Below, piece after piece: positions 50,272 through 63,500 of a DNA stretch of 64,000 nucleotides. The translations under genes were made by a program, and so were the position numbers. This DNA is from Mobula hypostoma. Taxonomy: Eukaryota. The notes below the pieces were generated by a model. It was not told the origin of the DNA, did not search any database, and worked only from the letters and a program-made list of their open reading frames with translations. Positions within the stretch are counted from its first letter, which is position 1; the number at the start of each line of letters is the position of its first letter. The stretch is from contig NC_086097.1 in the NCBI RefSeq assembly GCF_963921235.1, positions 61,816,001 to 61,880,000 on the forward strand. Reading direction: 5' to 3'.

Positions 50272-50740
50272 GAAACATAGGAACACAGAACATAGAAACA
50301 TAGAAAGCCTACAGCACAATACAGGCCCTTTGGCCCACAGAACTGTGCTGAACATGTCCTTATCTGAGAAATTACCTAGGGTTACACATAGCCCTCTATT
50401 TTTCTGAGCTCCATATATCTGTCCAGGAGTCTCTTAAAATACCCTATTGTATCTGCCTCTACTGCCGTCGCCGGCAGCCCATTCCACGCACTCACCACTT
50501 TCTGTGTAAAAAACTTACCCCTGATATTTCCTCTGTACCTGCTTCCAAGCACCTTAAAACTGTGCTCTCTCATGCTCGCCATTTCAGCCCTGGGAAAAAG
50601 CCTTTGACTATCCACACAATTAATGCCTCTCACCATCTTGTACACCACTATCAGGTCAGGTCACCTCTCCTCCTCTGTCACTCTAAGGGAAAAAGGCTGA
50701 GTTCACTCAACCTATTCTCATAAGGCATGATCCCCAGTTC
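50272..50740 (-). mobile_element. CR1 3' fragment inside Gypsy gag
   Basis: DSQRLFPRAE..FFTQKVV; (atagaaac)n tail. Confidence 0.9.
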
Positions 50741-51399
50741 AGCCTCCATTAAACTAAGAAGTGTGGAGACTTTCTTTTCCTCATCTGCATCATTAGCATT
50801 ACAATACAGTTCAGCCCTCTTGATATATGAATCCCAGTCCTCATTAGCACTATCAAATTTGTCAACTTTCCTGGTTAAGGCCAATGTCGCGTTTTCACTT
50901 TAGCTTTGCTAGTTGTGCATCTCTCACTTTTTACTGTGAACTGTCACTCTTGCATCCCTGTGCTACCATCCGTGACTGCCTTCTCCATACTGATTCACTC
51001 TTTTCTCTCACTGTCTCCTTCCCTTCTTCCGAGTTCTGCCCTCGCATAACTGTCGGTGTTGATGATATTCACTGACATTCAGGTTCGTAATCATCGCCAG
51101 TTTGCTGTGCCTGTACAACTACTTATCAAATAAATAAAGGCACACACTCAGAAGTGAAGTAAACTTGTATATTCACTTTGCAGAGAGAGCAACAGATCAA
51201 TGTGCATGGATAAGTTATCAGTCAATAACTAAGTGCTAAGTGGAGTCATTGCACTAAAAGAAATAGATCTGTACACTACACTCATTTCAATGAATATAAC
51301 TTGATTCAAAACATACTTCTGTAATTAGGAACCTACTGTTGTATTTCAGTTGCCATGGGTCTCCTGTAATCCACAGAACTATACACCATCTTCTGATTG

Positions 51400-51750
51400 A
51401 CCATCACCCAGGGCATGCCCTTTTCTCACTGTTACCATCAGGTAGGAGGTATAGAAGCCTGAAGGCACACACTCAGCAATTCAGGAACAGCTTCTTTCTC
51501 TCTACCATCCGATTCCTAAATGGACATTGAAGCTTTGGACACAACCTCGCTTTTTTTAATATACAGTATTTCTGTTTATGCACATTTAAAAAAATCTATT
51601 CAATATATGTAATTGATTTACTTGTTTATTTATTATCATGTTTTATTTTATTTATTTTTTTTCTCTCTCTGTGCTAGATTATGTATTGCATTGAACTGCT
51701 GCTACTAAGTTAACAAATTTCACATCACGTGCCACTGATTCTGATTCTGA
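51400..51750 (+). mobile_element. Rex1/Babar 3' end
   Basis: HPGHALFSLLPSGRRYRSL; (ttctga)n tail; close to 44860-45100. Confidence 0.85.
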
Positions 51751-51837
51751 ACAAAGACATAGAGGGTTTGCCAGATATGAATATAGCATGAACATAAGAC
51801 AGCACAATAGCTTTTCATGAATAAGTATCATAAATTC

Positions 51838-51990
51838 TAGAAACATTCTAGATCAGCCAGAGTTTGTGGAGAACAAAAAACATTTCAGGCCAGTGATTTT
51901 TTTTTTCAAAAGTAGTCACTGTCCTGAAACATTATTTCTGTTCCTCTCCAAAAATTCCTGGCTGGCATGTTGAATATTTCTGATATTTAC
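51838..51990. repeat. Old imperfect palindrome, probably Penelope terminal-repeat derived
   Basis: tttgtggagaac..tttcaggccagtga is inverted relative to tcactgtcctgaaa..gttcctctccaaaaa. Confidence 0.5.
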
Positions 51991-52769
51991 AAATCTCTAT
52001 TTGGCCTTTGAACTAAGTACCTTGAAAATGGCCATGCCAAATGCAAGGTTGAGTGGGAATATTGTACTCTTCATCCAAATATTGAAGAATCATAGAATAT
52101 CTACAACACAGACAAATGCTATTTCACCCATTGTGGTGATGACTGTCTATAAAGAATTTCCCTGCCTAACCCTGACTTTCCAGCACCAGATCTCCTGCCT
52201 TGCAGGTCACAGTTCTTCAACTACATATTGTGATGGATTTAACATATTTCTTTGAACTGATTGGAATGAATTTCAGAGACAGTATACATCAAAGTGATAT
52301 TGCCATACAGCATGATTAATACTTTCAACCATAGATGAATTTCAAAGCAATGCTTTTCCCTACAGCACAAAATATGTAGGTTGTTCCTTTAATTAAAAGC
52401 AATACAAGCAGCTAATTCCATTACACGTTTTTGAAATTACCATCAATGGGAATGTAGAATATATATAGATTCCTTTCACTGACTTTTATTTTTCAGAAAA
52501 ACTGACTTAAATAAATTGGAAACTGGGCAACATGATCAAGATCTTTCATTGTTACAATGGGAACACAAACGCTTCACAGATTTAATTATTTCTGTTTTAC
52601 TTGCTCTGCTAGGAGTAGTCCTCCATTTATGTAGCAATTTAATTATTTTTCAATATCTTCTTGTGATGATAATGTATCTTAGCTACTAAAAGAGGAAAAA
52701 TCTTTGAAAGGAATGAACTTAGTATTGAATTCACTTTCACTCTACTCTGAGGGCCTCAGGACCTACCTG

Positions 52770-53200
52770 TACTCTGGGCCTGTACTAGCTGGAGTTTAGA
52801 AGAATGAGGCTGAATCTCATGGAAACTATCAAATATTGAAATACCTAAATAGAGTGGATGTGGAGAGGATGTTTCCTACAGCAAGGGAGCCTAGGACCAG
52901 AGGCCACAGCTTCAGAATAGAAGGATGTCCTTTTACCACAGAGATGAGAAGGAATTTGTTCAGCCAGAAAGTAGTGAATCTGTGAAATTCATTGCCACGG
53001 ATGGCTGTGGAAGCCAAGCCATTGGGCATATTTAAAGTGGAATTTGATAGGTTATTGATTAGTTATGGAGTCAAACATTAAGGGAGAAGGCAGGAGAATA
53101 GGGTTGGGAGGGATAATAAATCAGTCATAATAGAATGGCAAAGCAGACTCAATGGACCAGAAGGCCTAGATCTGCTCCAATGTCATATGGTCTTATGGTC
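52770..53200 (+). mobile_element. CR1 3' fragment
   Basis: LEFRRMR..SRTRGHS-like C-terminus and an atggtctt tail. Confidence 0.9.
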
Positions 53201-54197
53201 TATCTGTGTGCTTTTCCTGTTAATTTCCTGAGCCAGAGGCACAGGGGACGTGAGTATTAAATGCTTAAATCTTAGATGGTGTTGAGGTTGTAACTCCTCC
53301 CCCCGCACCCCCATCCAGAGATCAAAATTGATTTGCACTCTTACATAAGAATAAAACCAAACTTACTTCAAACTTAATGAAAAAATCTATTTTCAGACCT
53401 TATTAACTGAATTGCCTGACCCCTGCCCATTCCTGCAAAGCAGAGATAACCATTATTTTCTCTGAACATATAAAGTGAAAACCTTGTTATTGAGCTATAG
53501 AAAATAGATTCCATCTGTCAGAGTCTAACAGCTGATAACATATCTCAGTTGGTATGTTTAAATCAAGTTGTACAGCACCATCTTAAACAGTTCCTGTGTA
53601 AGTGCTAATGTGATTTTCCCATTAACTGGACTGGATGCTTCAAAGAGGAGGTACTATTCAACTAGACTGCAGCAAATTATTATTGAATAAACAGAGCAAG
53701 ATTAGTCGACTGCGAGAGGCCAAAGGGAAAAGATTTGTGAGGTACTGGCAATTGAACATGTAAGACTATTTCAAAGTTGTTTGGAGGTCAAAAGAAGTCG
53801 ATACACCTTTGGGACAACCAATACAGGGTAAGGAATGTATCGAGGCATAGGGTTGGGAGGAGAGTGATGGAAGATCATCCAGAAGCCGGTTGAAATGACA
53901 ACTGGCAAAGTCCTGGGATGGGAACAGAGGAGATAGGTGTAGAGTGAGAGTAGATAAGTACAATAGATGGTAAGGACATGGAGGGCCACAGTGTTTGTTT
54001 CTATACTGTACAACCCTGACTACAAAAAAAGTGGAAAGGTGCAGAACAGCATAGGTGAATATAAAGTATCAACCATTTGAGAATGGACGAATCAACATGA
54101 ATAATAAATAAGATGACATCTCATCCAGGAAAGCATAAAATAAATAAATGAAACTTGACATTAGCAATGAAATATTACTTAAATTGGATGCATCCAA

Positions 54198-54545
54198 TCT
54201 TCACTGGGGAAGTTAATTAAAAAAAATTAAGCTTCACTGGGGAAAATTAATTAAAAGGCAAATCTTCACTGTAAGAAATAAAGATATGCACTTCGCTGGG
54301 GAAAATAAATTAAGGATAGAATTTTCCTTTTGGAAAATTAATTAATTATTTGGTCTTCACTGGGAGGGGGGATTAATTAAATATCAAAATGCCAAGGGAA
54401 AGATAATTAAGGATTTGAATATTTCTGCAGAAATTAATTAATTAGTAGGCCTTCACTGGAGATAATTATAGATTTAAGGATCACTGGGGAAAATTAGCTA
54501 GTTCTTCACAAGGGGAAATAAATAAAAGATCTTCACTGGGAAATG
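54198..54545. repeat. Degenerate AT-rich minisatellite (cttcactggg..aaattaatta)
   Basis: About ten imperfect ~30-35 bp units sharing CTTCACTGGG and TTAATTA. Confidence 0.7.
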
Positions 54546-55017
54546 AAGTCAAGACCTTCTAAGATGTAGTGTATATGGATCCAAAACTAAATTACTTTTT
54601 AGGAACAATGGATAAGTAGAAGATCAGAGGACATAGCAAATTAGTGACCTTATAAAGGTGTACAGAATGATAAATTAATTTGGTGGAATAAATGAAGAGG
54701 AAAAGAAATCTCCCAAATTCATGCCCATGTTTTCAAAATCCTAAATAGAACCCTTTTCTCAGACTTATGCCCCTGGTCCAGCAATGAAAATCACTTACAA
54801 AATGATTACTGACATTCTGTGTGATAGTGAAGATAAAATAGCACTTTCCATCTTTCTCAACCTCCCTGCACAGTGTCCTCTTCAAAAACTTCTTTGCTGT
54901 TAGGCACCACTCAAAACTATTTCTATTCCTTAGTTCTCACATCTGCATTGAGAACACATACTCAAAAAAATTAAATGATCTCTAGAATCTGTGGCCATAT
55001 GGGCTTTCCTTGGATGT

Positions 55018-55189
55018 AAACAACAGGAATTCTGCAGATGCTGGAAATTCAAGCAACACACATCAAAGTTGCTGGTGAACGCAGCAGGCCAAGCAGTCCT
55101 GACGAAGGGTCTCGGCCTGAAACGTCGACCACGCCTCTTCCTATAGATGCTGCTTGGCCTGCTGCGTTCACCAGCAACTTTGATGTGTG
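55018..55189. mobile_element. Palindromic Penelope-derived mini-element
   Basis: Perfect 42-bp inverted arms (55055-55096 and 55150-55191), 13-bp TSD TTTCCTTGGATGT (55005-55017 and 55190-55202), inserted in a V-SINE-like relic. Confidence 0.88.
55095..55130 (+). ncRNA. Minimal type I hammerhead ribozyme motif
   Basis: GTC-CTGACGA-AGG(GTCTCGG)CCT-GAAAC-GTC^GAC: CUGANGA and GAAA cores, stem II, GUC cleavage triplet, 3-bp stem I. Confidence 0.75.
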
Positions 55190-55744
55190 TTTCCTTGGAT
55201 GTGCCTGTTTCCACCCACATTACAAAGAACTGCTGCTTGACAAGTTAGTCATTGACTGTAAGTATCACCGAGAGTAAGCAGTTGACTAAAGAATTAGGTA
55301 ATAAATAGGAAGTTACAGGAAATGAATGGAAACGTGGGATTGATGGGATTTGTGATACAATTGCCTCTAACTGCTCAGGTTTAAACAACAAAATAAATCT
55401 TACTAAATGATTCAGCACAATGAAATACATTAAAAAGTAGTTTACAACAAGCGGGTTCATAGTAGAAAATAGCACAACTTAATGATCTGAATAGTCTTCT
55501 TCAATGTCACAAGAAAGAAAAAGAAGCAAATCTTGGATCCTCCAGCAATTTATTCCTGGCAACTTGTTTTCCCAAAGAGCATTTGGCCCATGTTCTTTGA
55601 TCCTGTGCAGATCAGCTGGCAAGAGTATTAACAGGCATTTTTTTTTCATTCCCTGCTTCTGTCTGTGGCTTCCACCTGCGTTCATTCATCATCCTGGTAC
55701 CTAAGAAAAGAAACATAACATGCTTTAACAGCTAATGCCCAATG

Positions 55745-57345
55745 GTTCTGATATCTACAATCATGAATTGCTTCAAGAGGCTCATTACAGCCCACTTTAA
55801 CTCCAGCCTTTCAGACAACATTGACCCTCTGCTGAGAAAGCTCTATGGTGGATGCACTCATTTATGGAGCACATGAACAGTAACCTTCAATACTATAAAT
55901 CCAAACAAACTCATTACCAAGCTCATAACCTTAGGAGTTAATACTTCCCTCTGCAAATGGATCTTTGACTTCTTGCCCAACAGACCGCAATTAGTAAAGA
56001 CAGGCAACAATGCCTGTGCCACAATTATTCTAAACACTGGTGCTCCACAAGATTGCATTCTCAGCTGCTCCCACTCTGCTCCCTCTAATCTCATGACTAT
56101 ACGGCTGGATGCTGCTCAAACTCTATCTACAAGTTTGCAGATCGTACCACTACAGTGGGCCATATCTCAAGCAATGATGAGTTGGAGTGCAGAAAGGAGA
56201 TAGAGAGCTTAGTAAGACGGTGTTATGACAACAGCCTTCCCTCAGCAAATCAAGGGAGCTGGTTATTGAGTTCAGTAAGGGGATAGTGAACATCTCCTGT
56301 CTACATGAACGGTACTTAGGTTGAGAAGATTGAGAGCTTCAAGCTTCTATGAGTGAACATCACCAATACCCTGTCCTGACCCTACCATGTAGATGCCATT
56401 GCCAAGTAAGCTCATCAAAGCCTCTACTTCCTCAGAAGCTAAAGGAATTTGGCATGTTTCTGTGAAACCTTACTAATTTTTATCAATGGACCAGAGAAAG
56501 CACCCTTATCTGTATGCATGATGGGTTGGTATGACAACTGCTCTGCATGTGACTGTAATAAACTATGGAGAGTCGTGAACACAGCTCAAGCACATCACAG
56601 AAACATGGAGTCACCTATGAACTCTTCTCCAGCCTCAGTAAAGTATCCAACAGAATCAAAGACCCTATCCACCCCAAACATTCTCTCGTCTCCTCTTTTC
56701 CATTCAGCAGAAGATGCAAAACCATGAAAGCATGCACCATCAGGCTCAAGGAGGGCTTCTAATGTGCTGTTATAAGACTATTAAGTGTTTTTTTGCTACA
56801 AGAAGATGAAATATTGGCCTCACAATCTTGCACGTCATTGCATTGCACTTTTCTGTAGCTATTACACTTCTATTCTGCAATGTTATTGTTTTACATTGTT
56901 CTAGCTCAATGCACTCTGTAATGACTTGATATGTAATGAAAAGTGTGCAAGACAAGTTTTTCACTGCACCTTGGTATCTGCGACAGCAAGATTACTCCAC
57001 AAGATGTGCTCCATGAAATTGTGTCCTCAACCCCCTGCTCTACTCCCTGTACGTTCATGACTGTGTGGCCAGATTCTTCTCTAATTCCTTCTACAAGTTT
57101 GCAGATGATACCTCTGTAGTTGCCGTACCTTAAATAATGATGAGCCGAAGTATTGGAAGGAGAATAAAAACTTAGTAGCATGGTCTCATGACAACCTTTC
57201 CCTTACTGTCAGAGAAACCAAAGAACAAGTCATTAACTTCAGGAAGGGAACAATGCAAATGCTCCTGCCTGCATCAACGGTGTCGAGGTAGAGATCTACA
57301 AGTTATTGGGAGTGCCCTTGTTCACACATGTGACATGTGACAATA
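55745..57345 (+). mobile_element. Decayed Rex1/Babar LINE plus a second RT fragment
   Basis: ILNTGAPQDCIL and KFAD motifs (56030-56150, again at 57000-57120); 3' UTR ~56800-56990. Confidence 0.8.
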
Positions 57346-58174
57346 ATAGCCTCATTCCATTTCTATTACCAGTTCCAATTTCAATTCCTTGTCTGTATTA
57401 AACTCTTTGAGGAAAATCATCACTTAGCTACTGATTATAACAGGTCCATTGCACCACCATTTTGTTGGTCTCTTTTCTGTTTCTAATTTGTTAAATTGTT
57501 GAATCAACAGGGAGCATTGGATGAGTAGAAATTTCCTCCAATAAATTTTGGGAAAACTGTAACATCTGTACTTGTGGTAAATTTTGTTTCCTACCAATTT
57601 ACTCCATTCTTCTCCTTGGTTTCTGCCTGAAACTGAATCAAACAGTTTGCAGACTTGTTTTTATTTTGATCCCCATTTCCACCTTGGTAAGGTTACCCAA
57701 GCCTACCCTGCTTCTGTTCAAGTACAATTAAAGCCCTTATTTACTACTAGTTACTTAATAATAATGTTGACTATTACAAACATTCTGCATGATCACCATT
57801 ATCTTACCGAAGGAAGAATCTTTTTAATCATTGCTAACAAAAAGAATAATTTCAATCCAAAGTGAAATACTGTGAATTGTAGAATCATGTAAATTATGTG
57901 AGAAGAACTTTAATAATAATTGAACCACATCAGGCTGATTGTTACCATCATCAGTTGAGCTAAGAAATAGAGACACTAAATTATCTGTCAACTGATAACA
58001 AAGGATAAATCATAAGTTGCTCAGGAGTGAACCATTCAAATTAGAGCAAACTTGAGACAAGCCATTTGTTAAACTTTGGCAATTGACATATAAAATGAAG
58101 AGGACAAACTGTTTTTTGACTAAGTCTCAACAACCTAGAATCTTCCTTCACAGAACTGAGAACATGGTCACAAT

Positions 58175-60586
58175 TGCTGTGTATTTAATATGTCTGTAAT
58201 ATTTTCAATATATTGTTTGATTAAGAATTCTTTTCTGTTTACATAATCCATTATGAATTATATGTAAAAGTAAGTGAATGTTCTGTGTCATTACGCCACT
58301 AAGCCATAAGTGCATGCCTCACTAAAAGTAAAAATCAGGTGCACGTTATTCCCAGCTCTTTGTTTTTTTTCAATTAGATTTTTGCTTTGGAGTTGCAAAA
58401 CTTAACTGTCACAATGAGTAAGAACTTAAACAAAACAGAGATGACTGCATACATATTTAACCACAGCATGTGTTATTCTTTGCAGGAGGAGAGAAATGGT
58501 TAAGTTTAAAAAAATGCACAAAACAGGTGAAATTCATGGGTTCATAAACAGTGAGTACAGGATAATAATAATAATGATAAATTTTCAAAAATCAGAATTG
58601 GCTAGTTATCAGAAAGATAGACACATTTGATTACACAAGAGATAACTGGATATTGTAAGCAAATGAAATAGGCAATGCAAAGCAATTGCCCGTTTTGCTG
58701 AGCATGTTGCATGGAAAAGCATTCAGTTTGCTTAGAAGTGTGACTGTTCCAACCAAACCAGCCGCAATGAGCTTTGCTGATATCGTGAAAGTAATGCAGG
58801 AATGTTTAGAACCAATAATATTGCTGATTGCAAAGTGCACTAATCAAAACAATTTCACTGCATGTGGTTGAACTGAAGTAAGTGTCTGAGCATTGTCTGA
58901 GAGATTGTTTAGTTTGTGGAATTTACAATAAAACATTCAAAAACAGCTCCTAATTGAGGAACAACTCACATATAAAAGAGAAGTGAAAATTGAGGAGACA
59001 CAATTATGTTGCAATCAGGAATGAAAGTTAGCATCAAAAATGTTTCAGCATCTAATAAGAAACCGACCTGGCTGAACAATTTCTTATACCATTGTGCCCG
59101 GGAGTAACATACCCCAAACCAATGCAGGTTTAAAGGAAAAAATTGCAGAAAATGCAACAAAGTCAAACACATACAAAGAGCATGTTGGGCAGATAGAAAC
59201 AAAGGGAATGCACAGGGAAGACAAAAAGCTAAAATGTAAAGTAGCAGGTTTAAAAAGCCAATTGAAAGTGAGTTAAGTAAGGTACTGGTTGATGCCACAG
59301 CAGTTTTCAAAAGGGCATTGGAAAACTCAAACATATCAAGGATAAAACAGCATTAAATGAAAATGCCACACCCAAGATTTACAAAGCCCGTCCAGTTCCT
59401 TATACCATCCATGATAAAGTAGCTGGTAACCTAGATTGCATGGAGGCTGAAGGAGTTTTTTTCCCAAAGTTGAGTGGAGCCCAGTATTCCCAGTAGCCAA
59501 GAAAAATGGATCTGTCAGGATCTTTGTTGATTTTAAGGTCACTATTAACCCAGTGGTGAAAGTGAAAATCTCTTCCCAGCATAGAGAATATCTTTGCAAG
59601 CCTTTCTGGAGGAAAACCCTTCAACAAAGTGGATTTATCTGAGGCGCACCTACAGATAGAAATCAAAGAGGAATTTGAAGTGTTTGCCACCATAAAAAAT
59701 TATAAAGTGATTTATCACTATAATAGGCTTATACTTGGAATAGCATCTGCACCTGCCGTCTGGCAGAAAACTATAGACTAGGTGCTGCAAGGTAGTACAG
59801 GCACTTAGTGTTACCGAGGTGATATCATTGTTACTGACAAGGATGACACGGAAAATCTCTAAAACCACAAAACGGTGTTAAAAAGATTAGACAAAAATGG
59901 GCTCGAAGCATAACCAACAAGTATGAATTCTTTAAACCAAGCATCATTTACTGTGGTCACACCATTGATGCACAAGGATTACACAAGTGCACGAAGTAAA
60001 TTCAAGCAGTGCTGAATGCTTTCATGTCAAAGGACATGTTACAGTTGTGACTCTTTTATTAAGTTGTCAGTTACTATAACAAGTTCCTGTCAAACCTGGC
60101 TAATGTCCCTCCACCCCTTGAACTCATTTCAATAGATTGAGAAGAATGGCAATGGACAAAGCAGTGTGAGGTGGAAATGGCGATGTCACACACTGTTCTC
60201 ACATTTAATGATCCGCATCATCCAGTAAAACTTACCTGTGATGCTTTGCCTAATGGTATAGGTGCAGTTATATCACATGTTATGAGTGATAGAAGTGAAC
60301 ACTCCATAGTTTTGCATCGCAGTCCCTTACAGGTGCAGAAAAAAATACGCACAGATTGACAGAGGACTTGAATCTGGTTTGCGTTGGAAAACATTTCAGC
60401 AGTATTTCTATGGGAGAGAGTTCACCCCCATTACTTATCATCAGAAGGATGTTCCACTAATAGTAGCAGCACAAATGCAGAGATGGACACTGTTTCTTGG
60501 AGGACGCAAATACAAGATCAAATTCAAGAGGACATATAATGATAGAAATGCTGATGGATTGCCTCATTTAACCTTATAAAAGGAAG
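58175..60586 (+). mobile_element. Decayed Gypsy (family of 19928-24464), truncated by Tigger
   Basis: LTR ~58175-58408, gag PVLLS..AFSLLRS..PTKP, RT, RNase H (PVKLTCDALPNGIGAV; NADGL). Confidence 0.88.
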
Positions 60587-60588
60587 TA

Positions 60589-63500
60589 CAGTGAAACCCC
60601 GTTATAATGTGATTGTTTGGGTCCATAAAATGTGAACACAAAAAAAGCAGGTCGTGCTAAATCAGGGTTGTTGTTACTGTAGAAATTAAAACACAAATTA
60701 ATTTTTTGTGAAGCTTTTTAATACACAAAACAAATAAAAACATTCAAGAATATTAGCAATCATCATTTACAGTTTATTTCTTTAAAAAGTGATCTAGTGT
60801 TCCTTGCTTAAATGTAGCATGTCACTGGCTGCGAGCGAAATCTAGAATGCTTCTGAGTTGGAGGTTTTTTTATGTGGTCGACCTCCTGGGTCTCCAGCCA
60901 ACGGAGGCTAGCCTCGAGGTGTTCAATGGCTTCAGACACTTTTGGGGGTGGGGGTGGAAACTCTTCATTATCATTTTCCTGTGGCTCGAGAACCGGTACA
61001 CTTGCGTCCAGCAGGTGCACAGATGTTGGGCATTCGTCGTTGGCAGCACTGGAGTAGCTCTTCTTTGTTCCATTGAGACAGCTTCTCTGTCTCATGCACA
61101 TCTTCCTCTATGAAGCCACACAAATCTGGCTCGTCATCATCATCTACCGTGGTGGATTGGCGTGATGAAACGGCTGGCCCCAGACTCTTCTCCCAGCATT
61201 TCTCTACACATGACAAGCTGACTGATGCCCAGGCCTTCCCACCTAAGTGGCAAACTTCCTTCACATTCAGGCTTTCCAGATAGGCTTCAAGTGTTGTTGA
61301 GTAGTCTACAATTCCATGAATTAATTCCCACCTGTAATTCTGCTTGAACACGGAGATGATCCCCTGATCTAGGGGCTGGATCTTGGATGTAGTGTTCTTG
61401 GGGAGGTAAGAAGCTCGGATATTTCCATCACGGCTTACTAGGTTGGCAGTTGGTGGATGAGTGGGACAGTTGTCAAGCAAAAGAAGAGCTTTGGGTTCTA
61501 GCTTTTGCTTATGCAAATAAGCGCAGAGGGCTGGGAAAAAAGTTTTGTGAAACTAATCCTCAAAGATGATACTTGTCATCCAAGCGCTGCTGCTGTGCGT
61601 GTACACAAACGGTAACAACTTCATGTTGACATGGTGGAAACAGCGGAGCGAGCAAGATTTGCCAATCATGAATGGTTTTAACTTAAGTGTTCCAACTTGT
61701 TTACACAAATCAACAATATCACGCGATATTTGCGTTGTTTGAACCCCTCACATCTGTGGGCATCATCTTTGACCACAAGACCACAAGACAAAGAAGCTGA
61801 AGTCGGCCATTCGGCCCATCGAGTCTGCTCCGCCATTTTATCAGGAGCTGATCCATTCTCTCATTTAGTCCCACTCCCCCGCCTTCTCACCATAACCTTC
61901 GATGCCCTGGCTACTCAGATACCTATCAATCTCAACCTTAAATACACCCAATGACTTGGCCTCCACTGCTGCCCGTGGCAACAAATTCCATAGATTCACC
62001 ACCTTCTGACTAAAAAAATTTCTTCGCATTTCTGTTCTGAAAGGGCGCCCTTCAATCCTTAAGTCATGCCCCCTCGTACTAGACTCCCCCATCATGGGAA
62101 ACAACTTTGCCACATCCACTCTGTCCATGCCTTTCAACATTCAAAATGTTTCTATGAGGTCTCCCCTCATTCTTCTAAACTCCAAGGAGTACAGTCCAAG
62201 AGTGGACAAATGTTCCTCATATGTTAACCCTCTCTTTCCTGGAATCATTCTAGTGAATCTTCTCTGTACCCTCTCCAATGTCAGCACATCCTTTCTTAAA
62301 TAGGGAGACCAAAGCTGCCCACAGTACTCCAAGTGAGGTCTCACCAGCACCTTATAGAGCCTCAACATCACTTCCCTGCTCCTATACTCTATTCCTCTAG
62401 AAATGAATGGCAACATTGCATTCGCCTTCTTCACTACCGACTCAACCTGGAGGTTAACTTTAAGGGAATCCTGTACGAGGACTCCCAAGTCCCGTTACAT
62501 CTCAGAACTTTGAATTCTTTCCCCATTTAAATAATAGTCTGCCCGTTTATTTTTTCTGCCAAAGTGCATAACCATACACTTTCCAACATTATACATCATT
62601 TGCCACTTCTCTGCCCATTCTTCCAATCTATCCAAGTCTTTCTTGCAGACTCTCCATTTCCTCAGCACTACCGGCCCCTCCACCTATCTTTGTATCGTCA
62701 GCAAACTTAGCCACAAAGCTGTCTATTCCATCATCTAAATCGTTGATGTACAATGTAAAAAGAAGCGGCCCCAACACAGACCCCTGTGGAACACCACTGG
62801 TAACCGGCAGCCAACCAGAATAGGATCCCTTTATTCCCACTCTGTTTCCTGCCAATCAGCCAACGCTCTATCCACGTATGTAACTTTCCCGTAATTCCAT
62901 GGGCTCTTATCTTGTTAAGTAGCCTCATGTGTGGCACCTTGTCAAAGGCCATCTGAAAATCAAAATACACAAAATCTACTGCATTTCCCTTGTCTAGCCT
63001 ACTGGTAATTTCCTCAAAAAATTGTAATAGGTTTGTCAGGCAGGATTTTCCTTTAAGGAATCCATGCTGAGTTCTGCCTATCTTGTCATATGCCTCCAGG
63101 TACTCTGTAACCTCATCCTTGACAATCGACTCCAACAACTTCCCAACCACCGATGTCAAGCTAACAGGTCCATAATTTCCTTTTTGCTTCCTTGACCCCT
63201 TCTTAAATAGCGGAGTGACATTTGCAATCTTCCAGTCCTCCGGAACCATGCCAGGATCTATCGACTTTTGAAAGATCATCGCTAATGCCTCCGCAATCTC
63301 CACAGCTACTTCCTCCAGAACACGAGGGTGCATTCCATCTGGTCCAGGAGATTTATCTACCTTTAGACTATTCAGCTTACAGAGTACTTTCTCTGTCGTA
63401 ATTGTGACTGCGCACACTTCTCTTCCCTGCCACCCTTGAGTGTCCGATATACTGCTGATGTCTTCCTCAGTGAAGACTGATGCAAAGTACTCTTTCAGTT

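Larger units (their letters stand above)
43995..51280 (-). mobile_element. Complete-boundary decayed Gypsy LTR retrotransposon hosting five nested insertions
   Basis: 5' LTR 51103-51280, PBS TGGCGATGA 51091-51099, gag (DKFDSANEDWDSY), PR (MELVTGS), RT (HLDD), RNase H, IN (IDFAGPF), PPT 44165-44174, 3' LTR 43995-44164, perfect TSD CTCAT (43990-43994 and 51281-51285). Confidence 0.93.

Noticed and set aside
54930..55277. Two opposite-strand ORFs sharing identical peptides (THIKVAGERSRPSS)
   Set aside because: Artefact of the 42-bp inverted repeat
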